A stretch of 62,821 nucleotides of DNA from Tannerella sp. GTDB taxonomy: Bacteria; Bacteroidota; Bacteroidia; Bacteroidales; Tannerellaceae. Position 1 is the first letter of the stretch. The number at the start of each line of letters is the position of its first letter. A program made the translations under genes and the position numbers. Under the pieces are notes generated by a model. It searched no databases. It saw nothing but the letters and a program-made list of their open reading frames with translations, and was not told the DNA's origin. Below, piece by piece: positions 8,741 through 18,106 of the stretch. Location: NCBI GenBank assembly GCA_031265585.1, contig JAISCL010000158.1, positions 1-62,821 of the forward strand. The letters run 5' to 3'.

Positions 8741-9883
8741 TCAATTATTGTGTATGTTACTTTCAAGATATTTCCTGGCCAGATCGCCTGTTCGCAGGAT
8801 CTTTTCTTTTCCGGCATCCGGCAGCGATAGCTGTTCCTTCATCAGGTTCAGGGTGGACAGGTATTCAAGAATACTGGTGGGGAAACGCCTCAGCGCTTCA
8901 CTTAACATGTCTATGGCTTCTTTGTGGCGTTCGGTTTCTATGCAGCAATAAATAAAGTTGCCGAAAACGTAGACTTCATCTTCCAGGTCTTGATAGTCGA
9001 CGGTCTGTTTTAATATCTCATACGCTTTTTCGTAGTCCCCCAGGCTCATGTAACATTCTGCAAGATACGGTTCGACTTCGGCGCCGACAAATTCATCGTA
9101 TGAAACTAGTTCTTCATAAGTTGAGATGGCTTTTTGATAGCTTTCGTTTTTGTAGAGGCAATAGGCTTTCGTCAGTTTTATTTCATATTCCAGTTCGTCA
9201 TTTTTATGGATACAGGTCAGTGCAAAATCAAGCGAATCTACCGCTTTTTCAAAATTGGCGCACAGAGAGTATAACCGCCCCTGCATATACCATATCTCGG
9301 CAGCATACGGGTCTTCGTCGATCAGTTCGCGGCAGAGTGTCAGCGCTTCTTTTGTTTTACCCTGCAGTTCAAAGTTGAAACAAAGCTCCGATTTTAATGT
9401 CAGGTTATCCGGAAACAGGGCAAGTCCGCGTTCTATAAAGTCACAGGCCTCCTGCTGGTATTTTTCGATGTCGTTCATGATGCACGCCGTCCCGACAATG
9501 GCTTCTTCCAGGTAATCGCTGTTTTCTGCGACAAGTTCACGGATTAATGCAAGCGCTTCGTCCTGCCTGCCAAGCTCGCAGTAACATTCGAGCCGCAGCA
9601 GGTCGAGGTCTTTGCTGTCTTCAAGCCCGGTATCTTCTATCAGCTTCAGGGCCGAATCGAAATCTTCGATGGATACGAGCGTTCTGCATAAGGAGATTTT
9701 AAAACCGGTGTCATCGGAGTGCAGTTCGTATCCCAGCTCAATCACCGTTTTTAAATTTGACATATCATCCCTGTCCAGAAAATGATCAATCAGGGATACT
9801 ATTTCGTCTACATTAAAGTATGGTTCCGTATTACTTTTTTGCGATTCAAAAAACCGTTTCAGTAAAGATGAGATATTCTCCAT
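8741..9883 (-). CDS. Tetratricopeptide repeat protein
   Basis: Repeated helical TPR patterns (DPYAAEIWYMQG, YLAECYMSLGDYEKA). Confidence 0.85.
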   Translation of the reverse strand: MENISSLLKRFFESQKSNTEPYFNVDEIVSLIDHFLDRDDMSNLKTVIELGYELHSDDTGFKISLCRTLVSIEDFDSALKLIEDTGLEDSKDLDLLRLECYCELGRQDEALALIRELVAENSDYLEEAIVGTACIMNDIEKYQQEACDFIERGLALFPDNLTLKSELCFNFELQGKTKEALTLCRELIDEDPYAAEIWYMQGRLYSLCANFEKAVDSLDFALTCIHKNDELEYEIKLTKAYCLYKNESYQKAISTYEELVSYDEFVGAEVEPYLAECYMSLGDYEKAYEILKQTVDYQDLEDEVYVFGNFIYCCIETERHKEAIDMLSEALRRFPTSILEYLSTLNLMKEQLSLPDAGKEKILRTGDLARKYLESNIHNN

Positions 9884-9890
9884 ATTGCTT

Positions 9891-11639
9891 TTATATACCT
9901 TTTACTTTGTTCCATGTATCTTTCAGGGAGACCGTGCGGTTAAAAACGGGATGATCCTGCCGGCTATCCGGATCTACATTAAAATATCCGATACGCTGAA
10001 ACTGGAAATGGTCGTAGGGGCGGGCATTTTTGAGTTCTTCCTCAACGAAACAGTTTGTCAGGACTTTTAAAGAATCGGGGTTCAGCAGCTCACGGAAATC
10101 CGTTTCCTTTTCATCCGAAGGATTTTCGACCCTGAAAAGCCGGTCATATAAGCGCACTTCTGCCGGAATGGCGTGTCGTACGGATACCCAGTGGATGGTT
10201 CCTTTTATTTTGCGGTTGCTTCCCGGCATGCCGCTTTTCGTTTCCGGGTCATATTCCGCATATACTTCCGTCACTTCTCCGGCTTCGTTCTTTTTATATC
10301 CGGTGCACTTTATAATGTATGCACAGCGCAGCCGGACTTCCTGTCCCAGCGTCAACCGGAAATACTTTTTCGGGGCTTCTTCCATGAAGTCTTCCGCTTC
10401 GATGTATAACTCGCGGGAAAAGGCGATCTGGTGGGCGCCGGCAGACAGATCTTCCGGATTGTTGACCGAATCAAAGAGTTCGACCTGTTCTTCCGGATAG
10501 TTCGTAATAACCAGCCTGATCGGGTTTATAACGGCTGCTACCCGTTTAGCTGTTGCATTCAGGTCTTCCCTTACGGCGTGTTCAAGCTGCGCTACATCAA
10601 TGGTGCCGTCATATTTGGTATATCCGATCATACGGATAAAATTGCGGATAGAGGAAGGCGTAAATCCCCGCCTGCGGTATCCGCAGATCGTCGGCATACG
10701 CGGATCATCCCAGCCGCTTACCATTTTTTCCTTTACGAGTTGCAGCAGTTTACGCTTACTCATCACCGTGTATGTCAGGTTCAGACGGTTGAACTCGGTC
10801 TGGAAGGGGCGGTAGTTACCGTCGTATACCTTATTTCTTTCGAATCCGTCTCCGCTTTTATTCACTTCTTCTACCAGCAAGTCAATGAAACGGTCATACA
10901 GCGGCCGGTGCACTTCAAATTCCAGCGTACATAAGGAATGTGTAACGCCCTCGAAATAGTCGCTTTGTCCGTGTGCGAAATCATACATCGGGTATACCTT
11001 CCACCGGGCGCCCGTGCGGTGGTGCGGATGTTTGATGATACGGTATATGATCGGATCGCGGAAGTGCATGTTCGGGGAGGCCATATCTATCTTTGCCCGC
11101 AGGATCATGGATCCTTCCTCAAATTCGCCTTCATTCATACGGCGGAACAGATCCAGGCTTTCTTCTGCGGGTCTGTTGCGGAACGGACTGTCTGTCCCCG
11201 GCTGCGAAGGCGTTCCTTTCTGCGCTGCGATCTGTTCCGCAGTCTGTTCATCTACGTAGGCGTTTCCCGATTGAATAAGCCGTACGGCAAAATCATACAG
11301 TTGCCGGAAATAGTCGGATGCATAATATACATTGGCCCACTGAAACCCGAGCCATTTGATATCCTCCTGTATGGCATCCACATATTCAACCTCTTCCTTC
11401 GTCGGGTTTGTATCGTCGAAACGCAGGTTGCACAAGCCGTTATACTGCCCGGCTATACCGAAATCCAGACAGATGGCCTTTGCATGTCCGATGTGAAGAT
11501 AACCGTTCGGTTCGGGCGGGAAACGGGTCTGGACACGTCCGCCATTCAGGCCTTCTGCCAAGTCGTTCTCTATCTTCTGTTCAATAAAATTTAAACTTTT
11601 CCTGTTCTCTTCCTGAATTGTATTTTCTGCCATAGTCAT
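9891..11639 (-). CDS. glnS: Glutamine--tRNA ligase
   Basis: RFPPEPNGYLHIGHAK (HIGH), MSKR, FQFQRIGYF. Confidence 0.98.
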   Translation of the reverse strand: MTMAENTIQEENRKSLNFIEQKIENDLAEGLNGGRVQTRFPPEPNGYLHIGHAKAICLDFGIAGQYNGLCNLRFDDTNPTKEEVEYVDAIQEDIKWLGFQWANVYYASDYFRQLYDFAVRLIQSGNAYVDEQTAEQIAAQKGTPSQPGTDSPFRNRPAEESLDLFRRMNEGEFEEGSMILRAKIDMASPNMHFRDPIIYRIIKHPHHRTGARWKVYPMYDFAHGQSDYFEGVTHSLCTLEFEVHRPLYDRFIDLLVEEVNKSGDGFERNKVYDGNYRPFQTEFNRLNLTYTVMSKRKLLQLVKEKMVSGWDDPRMPTICGYRRRGFTPSSIRNFIRMIGYTKYDGTIDVAQLEHAVREDLNATAKRVAAVINPIRLVITNYPEEQVELFDSVNNPEDLSAGAHQIAFSRELYIEAEDFMEEAPKKYFRLTLGQEVRLRCAYIIKCTGYKKNEAGEVTEVYAEYDPETKSGMPGSNRKIKGTIHWVSVRHAIPAEVRLYDRLFRVENPSDEKETDFRELLNPDSLKVLTNCFVEEELKNARPYDHFQFQRIGYFNVDPDSRQDHPVFNRTVSLKDTWNKVKGI

Positions 11640-11655
11640 AACCTTATTTCGGGCG

Positions 11656-11722
11656 CAAAGTTACAATAATAATTAACATAAGAGAATCAATGGTAGACAA
11701 TTTCGATAAATTACTATCTTTG
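11656..11722. promoter_or_regulatory. Divergent -7 promoter elements for glnS (11656-11663, -) and the ECF sigma gene (11715-11722, +)
   Basis: TAACTTTG on - and TATCTTTG on +. Confidence 0.6.
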
Positions 11723-11796
11723 CAGTTCAAAAAAAGGATCCCGTGCAGCGTTTCAGATAAAAGTTGCATCTACATAAAAGAACGTGTGTGACAGCA

Positions 11797-12321
11797 ATGG
11801 ATGAAAAACAACTGATAAAAGGTTGTATTGATGGTAACCGCATAGCCCAGAAGGCTTTGTATGACAAGTATTCCCGCAGAATGATAGGGGTTTGCCTGCG
11901 ATATGTGAAAGATATGGAGGATGCCCGTGATTTAATGCAGGAAGGCTTTATTAAAGTATTCACCAACATTCGGAGATATACGGGCGACGGCTCGTTTGAG
12001 GGTTGGGTGCGGAGAATTTTTATCAACTGTGCTTTGGAACGCTTGCGCCAGCATGACGTATTGAAAGATGCGGGTGATATAGACGGGATGAATTATACGG
12101 ATATACCGGACGAAGCGGAGGTGCCTGTCTTGTCATCCGAAGAGTTGATGGCTTACGTAAGATCATTGCCCGAAGGATTCCGTATGGTATTTAATATGTA
12201 TGCTGTTGAAGGGTATTCTCACCGGGAAATAGGTGAAATGCTTCATATTTCGGAAAGTACATCACGTTCACAGTATATGCGTGCGCGTAAGATGCTTCAG
12301 AAGATGATACTCAAAAGTTAA
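11797..12321 (+). CDS. ECF-type RNA polymerase sigma-70 factor
   Basis: DARDLMQEGFIKVF and EGYSHREIGEML...TSRSQY; start at MDEKQ. Confidence 0.95.
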   Translation: MDEKQLIKGCIDGNRIAQKALYDKYSRRMIGVCLRYVKDMEDARDLMQEGFIKVFTNIRRYTGDGSFEGWVRRIFINCALERLRQHDVLKDAGDIDGMNYTDIPDEAEVPVLSSEELMAYVRSLPEGFRMVFNMYAVEGYSHREIGEMLHISESTSRSQYMRARKMLQKMILKS

Positions 12322-12340
12322 TTTATGAAGGGGTGATTAA

Positions 12341-13624
12341 ATGAAAGAAGAAAGAGGAAAGTGGGAAAAAATAATACATTCGAAATTATATGATTTCGAA
12401 TCGGATGTAAATCCGGCTGACTGGGAGATCATATCCGGCAGGTTACCGGGAGGCCGGTCTGTCAGGCTGCATCCTTACCGCAGGTATGTTGCGGCAGCTG
12501 TTATAGCCGTATTATTGATCGCCGGAGGAGTCTGGTTTTATCCGGATCGTGACCCCGGCCGGGATACGGTCGCTGTCACGGAGCAGGATGCCCCTGTTCA
12601 GTCCCTGCCTGAAAAAGATCTTCCCGCTGTTAAGGAATCCGCTGATGTTATGGTTGAAAAAACGGCAGATAACCTGCTGGCGGCTTCCGGCAGGCCTCCG
12701 GTAAAGAGGTCTCCGGCAAAGCGTGACACGCTAACGGCGGCGGATCCCCCTGCTCGCTTAAGACCGCTGGGGGCGGAGGCCGCTTTTATAAAAGAGACGG
12801 AGGTGGATGCTGAAAACGGGAAAGAAAAGGAACGCGAAACGGTCAAACCGGAGGCGACTCCCTATGAAAAACCGCTCATTGCGGATGCGTCGTCCGTTGA
12901 AGTGAAGAAACGTCGCCGGTGGGGGTTCGGCATGGGCGGCGGCAGTTACTCCATGACTTCCAGTTCGGAAAATACACCTTCGCTCACCCTGTCTTCTTCC
13001 ATGCTGCGTGATGAGAATACGCTGAAAGAGGTAGTAAACAGTGATTCGCCGGAATTGGCGGTTGCTGATTCCAGAGAGGAACTGCGTCCGTATGCCTATA
13101 AAGTCCCTCCGGGCAAGGTGAAACATAAAGCTCCGCTATCGGCAGGTTTGGGTGTCAGTTATTTTCTCAATGATCGCTGGTCGTTGCAGAGCGGTGTCAC
13201 CTATACGTTTTTACGTTCGGAATGGAATTCCGATCATTTGACGGATAGCCATGCGGAATATAAGCAATACCTTCACTTTATAGGCATCCCGCTGTCTCTG
13301 TCGTATAAAATCGCGGAATGGAAACGGTTGCAGGTATATGTGTCTGCAGGCGGCATGAGCGAGTTTAACGTAGCCGGGAAATATAAGGAAACCCGGTTTT
13401 CGGAGAACCTGGAAATAACAACCAGTGAAAACCTGCACATGAAAAGGCCGATGTGGTCCGTAAATACGCGCGCCGGAGTTTCCTATCCGTTGTGGAGGTT
13501 TATAAATGTATATGGAGAAGCAGGCGCTTCGTATTATTTTGATAATAAAAGCGGCATAGAAACCATCCGGTCGGATAAGCCTTTCAACGTATCGTTACAG
13601 GCCGGAATCCGGTTAGGCTTTTAA
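12341..13624 (+). CDS. Putative anti-sigma factor with N-terminal TM anchor, disordered linker and C-terminal outer-membrane beta-barrel
   Basis: Short W-containing N-terminal domain, TM helix YVAAAVIAVLLIAGGVWFY, Pro/charge-rich linker, beta strands ending QAGIRLGF. Confidence 0.8.
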   Translation: MKEERGKWEKIIHSKLYDFESDVNPADWEIISGRLPGGRSVRLHPYRRYVAAAVIAVLLIAGGVWFYPDRDPGRDTVAVTEQDAPVQSLPEKDLPAVKESADVMVEKTADNLLAASGRPPVKRSPAKRDTLTAADPPARLRPLGAEAAFIKETEVDAENGKEKERETVKPEATPYEKPLIADASSVEVKKRRRWGFGMGGGSYSMTSSSENTPSLTLSSSMLRDENTLKEVVNSDSPELAVADSREELRPYAYKVPPGKVKHKAPLSAGLGVSYFLNDRWSLQSGVTYTFLRSEWNSDHLTDSHAEYKQYLHFIGIPLSLSYKIAEWKRLQVYVSAGGMSEFNVAGKYKETRFSENLEITTSENLHMKRPMWSVNTRAGVSYPLWRFINVYGEAGASYYFDNKSGIETIRSDKPFNVSLQAGIRLGF

Positions 13625-13668
13625 ACGAATAAATCAGAAATGTTTAATTTAAAATATAAAAAAAGGAA

Positions 13669-14466
13669 ATGAAGAAATTAAGTGTGTTTTTAGTTACAGC
13701 GCTCATCGCTTTATCGGGCCTTACCTCCTGCCTGAAAGGAGACAATACACGTTCCGGTTACGGTGTCGGTATTTTGACTTATGCCAGCAATTATTCAACG
13801 CTTGTTATCAAAACTTCATTCGGGAATTTTTACGGCCCGGAATTGAATGCATACGTAACAAAGGGTCAACTGGAAATTGACGAATACTATTATTTTTACT
13901 ACACAATGGATTATGACCTGCCTGAAAACTCGACAGAAATGGTCAATGCAAACGGTTACTATACCGTGTCAATTTCACCCGGCACCCGGGCTGACAAATA
14001 CTATGCAATGCCTGTGCTTACGGATACATCTGCCGTTATGACGGATGAAATCCCGGTTTTGGATGTTTTATATGCCGATGGCCCCTTCGGATATGCCGAA
14101 AGCTATTTATGCATGACGCACATTGTCAGTTATGAAAAAGACCTGACTGTACAGTGGGACATGTCGTATGACGGCAGCCGGGAGATCATGTCGGAAGTAA
14201 ACGGCAAACGGTATTATAACCTGTTTCTCCGTGCAACAGTATCCGGCAGCAATGAAGGAAGCACAAAAACAGAGACCGCTCATTTTAACGCCTACCGTCT
14301 GAGGGAATTTTTAGAAAGAGCGGCAATGGATGAAAAATCCATGCCAGGCTACGTGTCCGGTTCCTCCACATTCCTGGTAAAATTCAACTATGTATCGGAT
14401 ATAAAGGAAGACCAAATCACCTGGAGCTATAAATCCGCAGAATTTCCGATCAATCTGTTCGAATAA
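13669..14466 (+). CDS. NigD-like lipoprotein
   Basis: Lipobox LTSC; position after ECF and beta-barrel genes. Confidence 0.6.
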   Translation: MKKLSVFLVTALIALSGLTSCLKGDNTRSGYGVGILTYASNYSTLVIKTSFGNFYGPELNAYVTKGQLEIDEYYYFYYTMDYDLPENSTEMVNANGYYTVSISPGTRADKYYAMPVLTDTSAVMTDEIPVLDVLYADGPFGYAESYLCMTHIVSYEKDLTVQWDMSYDGSREIMSEVNGKRYYNLFLRATVSGSNEGSTKTETAHFNAYRLREFLERAAMDEKSMPGYVSGSSTFLVKFNYVSDIKEDQITWSYKSAEFPINLFE

Positions 14467-14545
14467 ACAGCTTCTTGCCGGCCTGTCGCCTTTTACCGGC
14501 ATTTCATTCTTACGGTACGGGGCAGGAAATCTGAAGTTAAACGCC

Positions 14546-14573
14546 GTAGGGGTATGGCACGCCATGCCCCTAC
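14546..14573. repeat. GTAG-type REP palindrome
   Basis: GTAGGGGTATGGC-AC-GCCATGCCCCTAC, 13-bp arms with one mismatch. Confidence 0.75.
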
Positions 14574-14682
14574 ATAATGCACAAAACCAACCCGCGTGCA
14601 GTATAATTGCGGTTCGATCCGCTACGGGCATAGCCGTCACAGTAAGGTCTGAAAGTTCAATGAGCAATAGCGTACGGGCAAT

Positions 14683-15096
14683 GATATTGACTTTTATTTT
14701 ATCACTGATTTTCAAAAACTTATTGTAACCGCGTTTATTGACTTTGTCTTTGTTCAGCGTTGTACTCTTGTATTCTTTTTCGAGACGTTTGACGCCTTTT
14801 TCGCGGTTATGAGTGTCCTTTTTTGCACGACTTTTGGAGTAGCTCACTATCAGTCGCGATTTTGGTAATTTTCCTGTTTCATAAAAATAACCGTCTGTTT
14901 TTTCTAACGATAATATCCACGATTTGATTTCTTTACTTTCCGTTTTTATCCGCGCTCCAAGTATGTATTTGTAGTTTTTCTGTTCTAAATCAGCAATATT
15001 TTCTTTGCTCATTAAGCCCGAATCGGCTACAACTACAAATTCTTTCATCTCAAATTTCTTTACAAAATCCTCAACTACAGGGTTAAATGTTTCATA
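14683..15096 (-). mobile_element. Internal fragment of an IS1634-family DDE transposase
   Basis: EDFVKKFEMKEFVVVADSGLMS...YILGARIK...RLIVSYSKSRAKKD...NKRGYNKFL; both ends missing. Confidence 0.8.
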
Positions 15097-15105
15097 ATAT
15101 ATACA

Positions 15106-16488
15106 TTATAAACCCAACAGCGTTACAATACTGTTTGCCGTATGCGCCATGGATCCGGTTGTGTTTTCGTTGATTTGAGTACCTGTTTCATAAGGACGGT
15201 GCGACCAACTGCCAACCCTTATCTGCACGCCTTTCTCGTATATTCCACTGCCTTTCAGGAACTGTGCAATAGCAATGAGCGTATTTTCATATAATTCATT
15301 GGGTTTAGTGCCGTTTACTGTTCTTTTCATCAGGGTTAAACCGTTATAAAACAATTCTTCATTGTCCTGCAAACTGGCTTCGACGACATTGATACCCAGT
15401 TGTACACCTTTGGTTTTCAATGCAACGGCATGTCGTTTCAGCACTTCTGTAACGTAGGGGATGCTGTAAGTCCAGTCCACGTCCATATAGACGGTTCGGG
15501 GTTTGAATCCTGCCGCATCCAGCAAGTCAATCAGATTGTTAAGGTATTCAACAGAGTTATATTGGGAATACTGCCACACCATGTAGAAATTATTGGCGCT
15601 ATTGAAATAATTCGGATTTTGGGAGTAAATGGCGTCCAAGCCCTTCTGGTCTCTCCAGTCCCATCCGACAACTACATTCCAGTGTATTCCTACATCTGGC
15701 ATTTTGTCGCCCCATTTTGCTTTTGCAACATTCAAAAAATCAACATAATCCTGCATAAGGGTCGATAAAAGAACATCGTAATCGCCCATGGATACAGCAC
15801 ATCCGTTATTTATTTTAGCTGCATTTTTTCGTTCTTCCCAAGTCCCTGCCGTTCCGGCAAGTCTGTTAGCATCAAATTGGGGAAGCAGGTTGGGCATCCG
15901 TTCATCGAAAAGGATTTCATCGGGTATAAACGGCTGCCTGTCTTTGGTTACGAACCATCCCTTGCCGTCAGGGTCGGTACGGTCAGCCGGATTTCTTATC
16001 GTAAAAATCGAAGAAAATATGTTTGCACCATTAACCGGTTTTCCATTCAATTCAGCCTCGCCCAACAATTTGCCTGTTATACACTGGGTAAAACCGGGCA
16101 TTTCGATGGACACGGGTATTCCTTCCGATTTTAATATTGGGAGGAGACCGCTTACGGACGACATATATCCTATTTCGGTGGCGTAGATCGAAAACGAGCC
16201 GCCGCATCGTTTCAGATTGTCTATCAGTTTCGGCCACAAGTCTCTGTTTCCGAAACTTTCGTCGAGGTGTGCATTGACAATAGTTCCGCCGGGGCGATAC
16301 CAGACATTACCGCCACATTGATTGGACACAAAAGAAAACGATACCGGTGTAGCGATTACCTCCGGATCGTCTTTCGGTTCGCCTTCGTTGTCGGAACGGT
16401 TTTCTTTGCCGCAACTGCTGCCTGTAATGACACAAATACTTGTCATAAGAACAGCATACAGGTTTATTATTTTTTGATTTACAGTCAT
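15106..16488 (-). CDS. PUL-encoded lipoprotein of unknown function (candidate glycan-active enzyme)
   Basis: Lipobox SSC; 460 aa; aromatic- and acidic-rich; last gene of the SusCD cluster. Confidence 0.7.
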   Translation of the reverse strand: MTVNQKIINLYAVLMTSICVITGSSCGKENRSDNEGEPKDDPEVIATPVSFSFVSNQCGGNVWYRPGGTIVNAHLDESFGNRDLWPKLIDNLKRCGGSFSIYATEIGYMSSVSGLLPILKSEGIPVSIEMPGFTQCITGKLLGEAELNGKPVNGANIFSSIFTIRNPADRTDPDGKGWFVTKDRQPFIPDEILFDERMPNLLPQFDANRLAGTAGTWEERKNAAKINNGCAVSMGDYDVLLSTLMQDYVDFLNVAKAKWGDKMPDVGIHWNVVVGWDWRDQKGLDAIYSQNPNYFNSANNFYMVWQYSQYNSVEYLNNLIDLLDAAGFKPRTVYMDVDWTYSIPYVTEVLKRHAVALKTKGVQLGINVVEASLQDNEELFYNGLTLMKRTVNGTKPNELYENTLIAIAQFLKGSGIYEKGVQIRVGSWSHRPYETGTQINENTTGSMAHTANSIVTLLGL

Positions 16489-16506
16489 AAGGTATCATTA
16501 ATAATG

Positions 16507-16536
16507 AAAGCAGAGATGCGGATGCCGCTCTGCTTT
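16507..16536. terminator. Intergenic stem-loop within the PUL
   Basis: AAAGCAGAG...CTCTGCTTT, perfect 9-bp arms. Confidence 0.5.
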
Positions 16537-16549
16537 ACTGTATTTTTTT

Positions 16550-18046
16550 TTAATAGGGCGATGTTCTGACTGTCATTCCGGCAGTCAGTACAAAATACTT
16601 GTTTTGCGCATCATAACTCATGCCTTCAAACCTTATTTTGCTACCTGCATTTTCGGGCGTAGCTTTGCGTTGCCAGATAAATGCCAGTTCTTCGCCAGTA
16701 TTTACTTTTTCCGGATTTATTACTTCAAAGATGACATAATTGTTTTCCGGATCAATGCCATCGACTGAAACGAATGCCGTAGCTGTTTCGTTGGAAGCCA
16801 TGTCCGCGTCGGTCAGGTCGGATATATGGTTGCAAACATACAACCGGAAATGGATGTCGGGAGCAAAAGCGCGGGCGTATGGATCCTGATTTCCATGCTC
16901 AGCCGGGATGCCTTGCGATGTAAAGGTATAATCGTTCGGACGCACTCCGTTGCCAATTTTGAAATAGCAACTTATATCGCCGTTACCCTGTACAAAATAC
17001 TTGTCGCCGTCTTCTTCCCTGATAACATTCTGATAAATAATGGGTATCATACCGCTGGATGGTTTCGGGGTAGCCGAGATGACGGGTATCTGCTGATCTA
17101 CCGGCTTGCTTGCTTCGCTATCCTTATACAGACTGATAGCCTGGTCATAGGCGGCGTCAAAACCGCCGTTCAGGAAAGTAACGGGAAGTCCCCACGACTT
17201 GAGCACCCATCCTTCAGCATCTTTGGCACCGTTTAAATGGTCGCGGCGCAACATATAGGCCTGTCCGCCTTCCAGTTCGACAGAATTAACCAGATTCGCC
17301 TGATTCCCTTCCGTATAGACATTATAACCAACCAGATAACCATTCAGATCCCTGTGAGCCTCAGAAACTGTCAACGTATAAATACCCCGTCCCAGTCCGG
17401 CAGGCGTTGTAAGTGTCGAAGTACTGCCTATTCCGGCAATTTTGATTTTTGTACCGGCGCCTCCGGTTTTGGGGCTGAACGATACCAGCGTAACTCCTTT
17501 TTGTTCAATGGTAATTACGCCATTTTCGGGTAAGACTACGCCTGTTGCAAAGTCGTTGCCGATGAACTGTTCGCCGTTCAGTTTTGCATAGAATTTCCCT
17601 TCAACCAGTGTGACTTCAGTGGCTGTTACGTCCACTGCCGGGAAGTTTGCCGCCGGCAGATTGACGGTTTTGTTCGCAAATTGTGAACTGATAGCATCTT
17701 TGTCGGAGTCGATGCTGACGGTTACGATTACTTCATTGCTTTTAATATTCCCCACGCTTGCCCATACCTTGGCAACGCCTGCCGACACAGCTGTAACCGT
17801 TCCATTGGAAGATGCGGTAACAATGTCCGGACTGCCCGAAGTCCATGTATAAGTTTGTGCACTAATGCCGTTGGGTTTAGCCGTAGCCGTAAGTGATGCC
17901 GTTGCACCGATATCGGTCAAGGTAACCGTAGCGGGCGCAACTTCAATTGCCGTCAGTGTGGCTTCCTCTGCATCATCTTTGCCACATCCTGCTCCTGCAA
18001 TAACAAGAGCGATAAATACCGAAAAATTTAAAATTTTACTTTTCAT
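16550..18046 (-). CDS. Surface lipoprotein with N-terminal Ig-like (Big_2) domain, probable surface glycan-binding protein
   Basis: Lipobox GAGC; TWTSGSPDIVTASSNGTVTAVSAG Big_2 pattern. Confidence 0.75.
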   Translation of the reverse strand: MKSKILNFSVFIALVIAGAGCGKDDAEEATLTAIEVAPATVTLTDIGATASLTATAKPNGISAQTYTWTSGSPDIVTASSNGTVTAVSAGVAKVWASVGNIKSNEVIVTVSIDSDKDAISSQFANKTVNLPAANFPAVDVTATEVTLVEGKFYAKLNGEQFIGNDFATGVVLPENGVITIEQKGVTLVSFSPKTGGAGTKIKIAGIGSTSTLTTPAGLGRGIYTLTVSEAHRDLNGYLVGYNVYTEGNQANLVNSVELEGGQAYMLRRDHLNGAKDAEGWVLKSWGLPVTFLNGGFDAAYDQAISLYKDSEASKPVDQQIPVISATPKPSSGMIPIIYQNVIREEDGDKYFVQGNGDISCYFKIGNGVRPNDYTFTSQGIPAEHGNQDPYARAFAPDIHFRLYVCNHISDLTDADMASNETATAFVSVDGIDPENNYVIFEVINPEKVNTGEELAFIWQRKATPENAGSKIRFEGMSYDAQNKYFVLTAGMTVRTSPY

Positions 18047-18106
18047 GTTCTTGGTTTTTAAATTGTGAAACTTCTTATTTAAATAATTTATAATATGTTA
18101 TAAGAT

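Noticed and set aside
14575-14640. Degenerate RAYT transposase start after the REP (…GSIRYG…)
   Set aside because: Resemblance is too short and interrupted to support.
14311-15048. 245-aa ORF as an intact gene
   Set aside because: Only the first approximately 120 aa are transposase-like; the rest reads through REP and antisense sequence.
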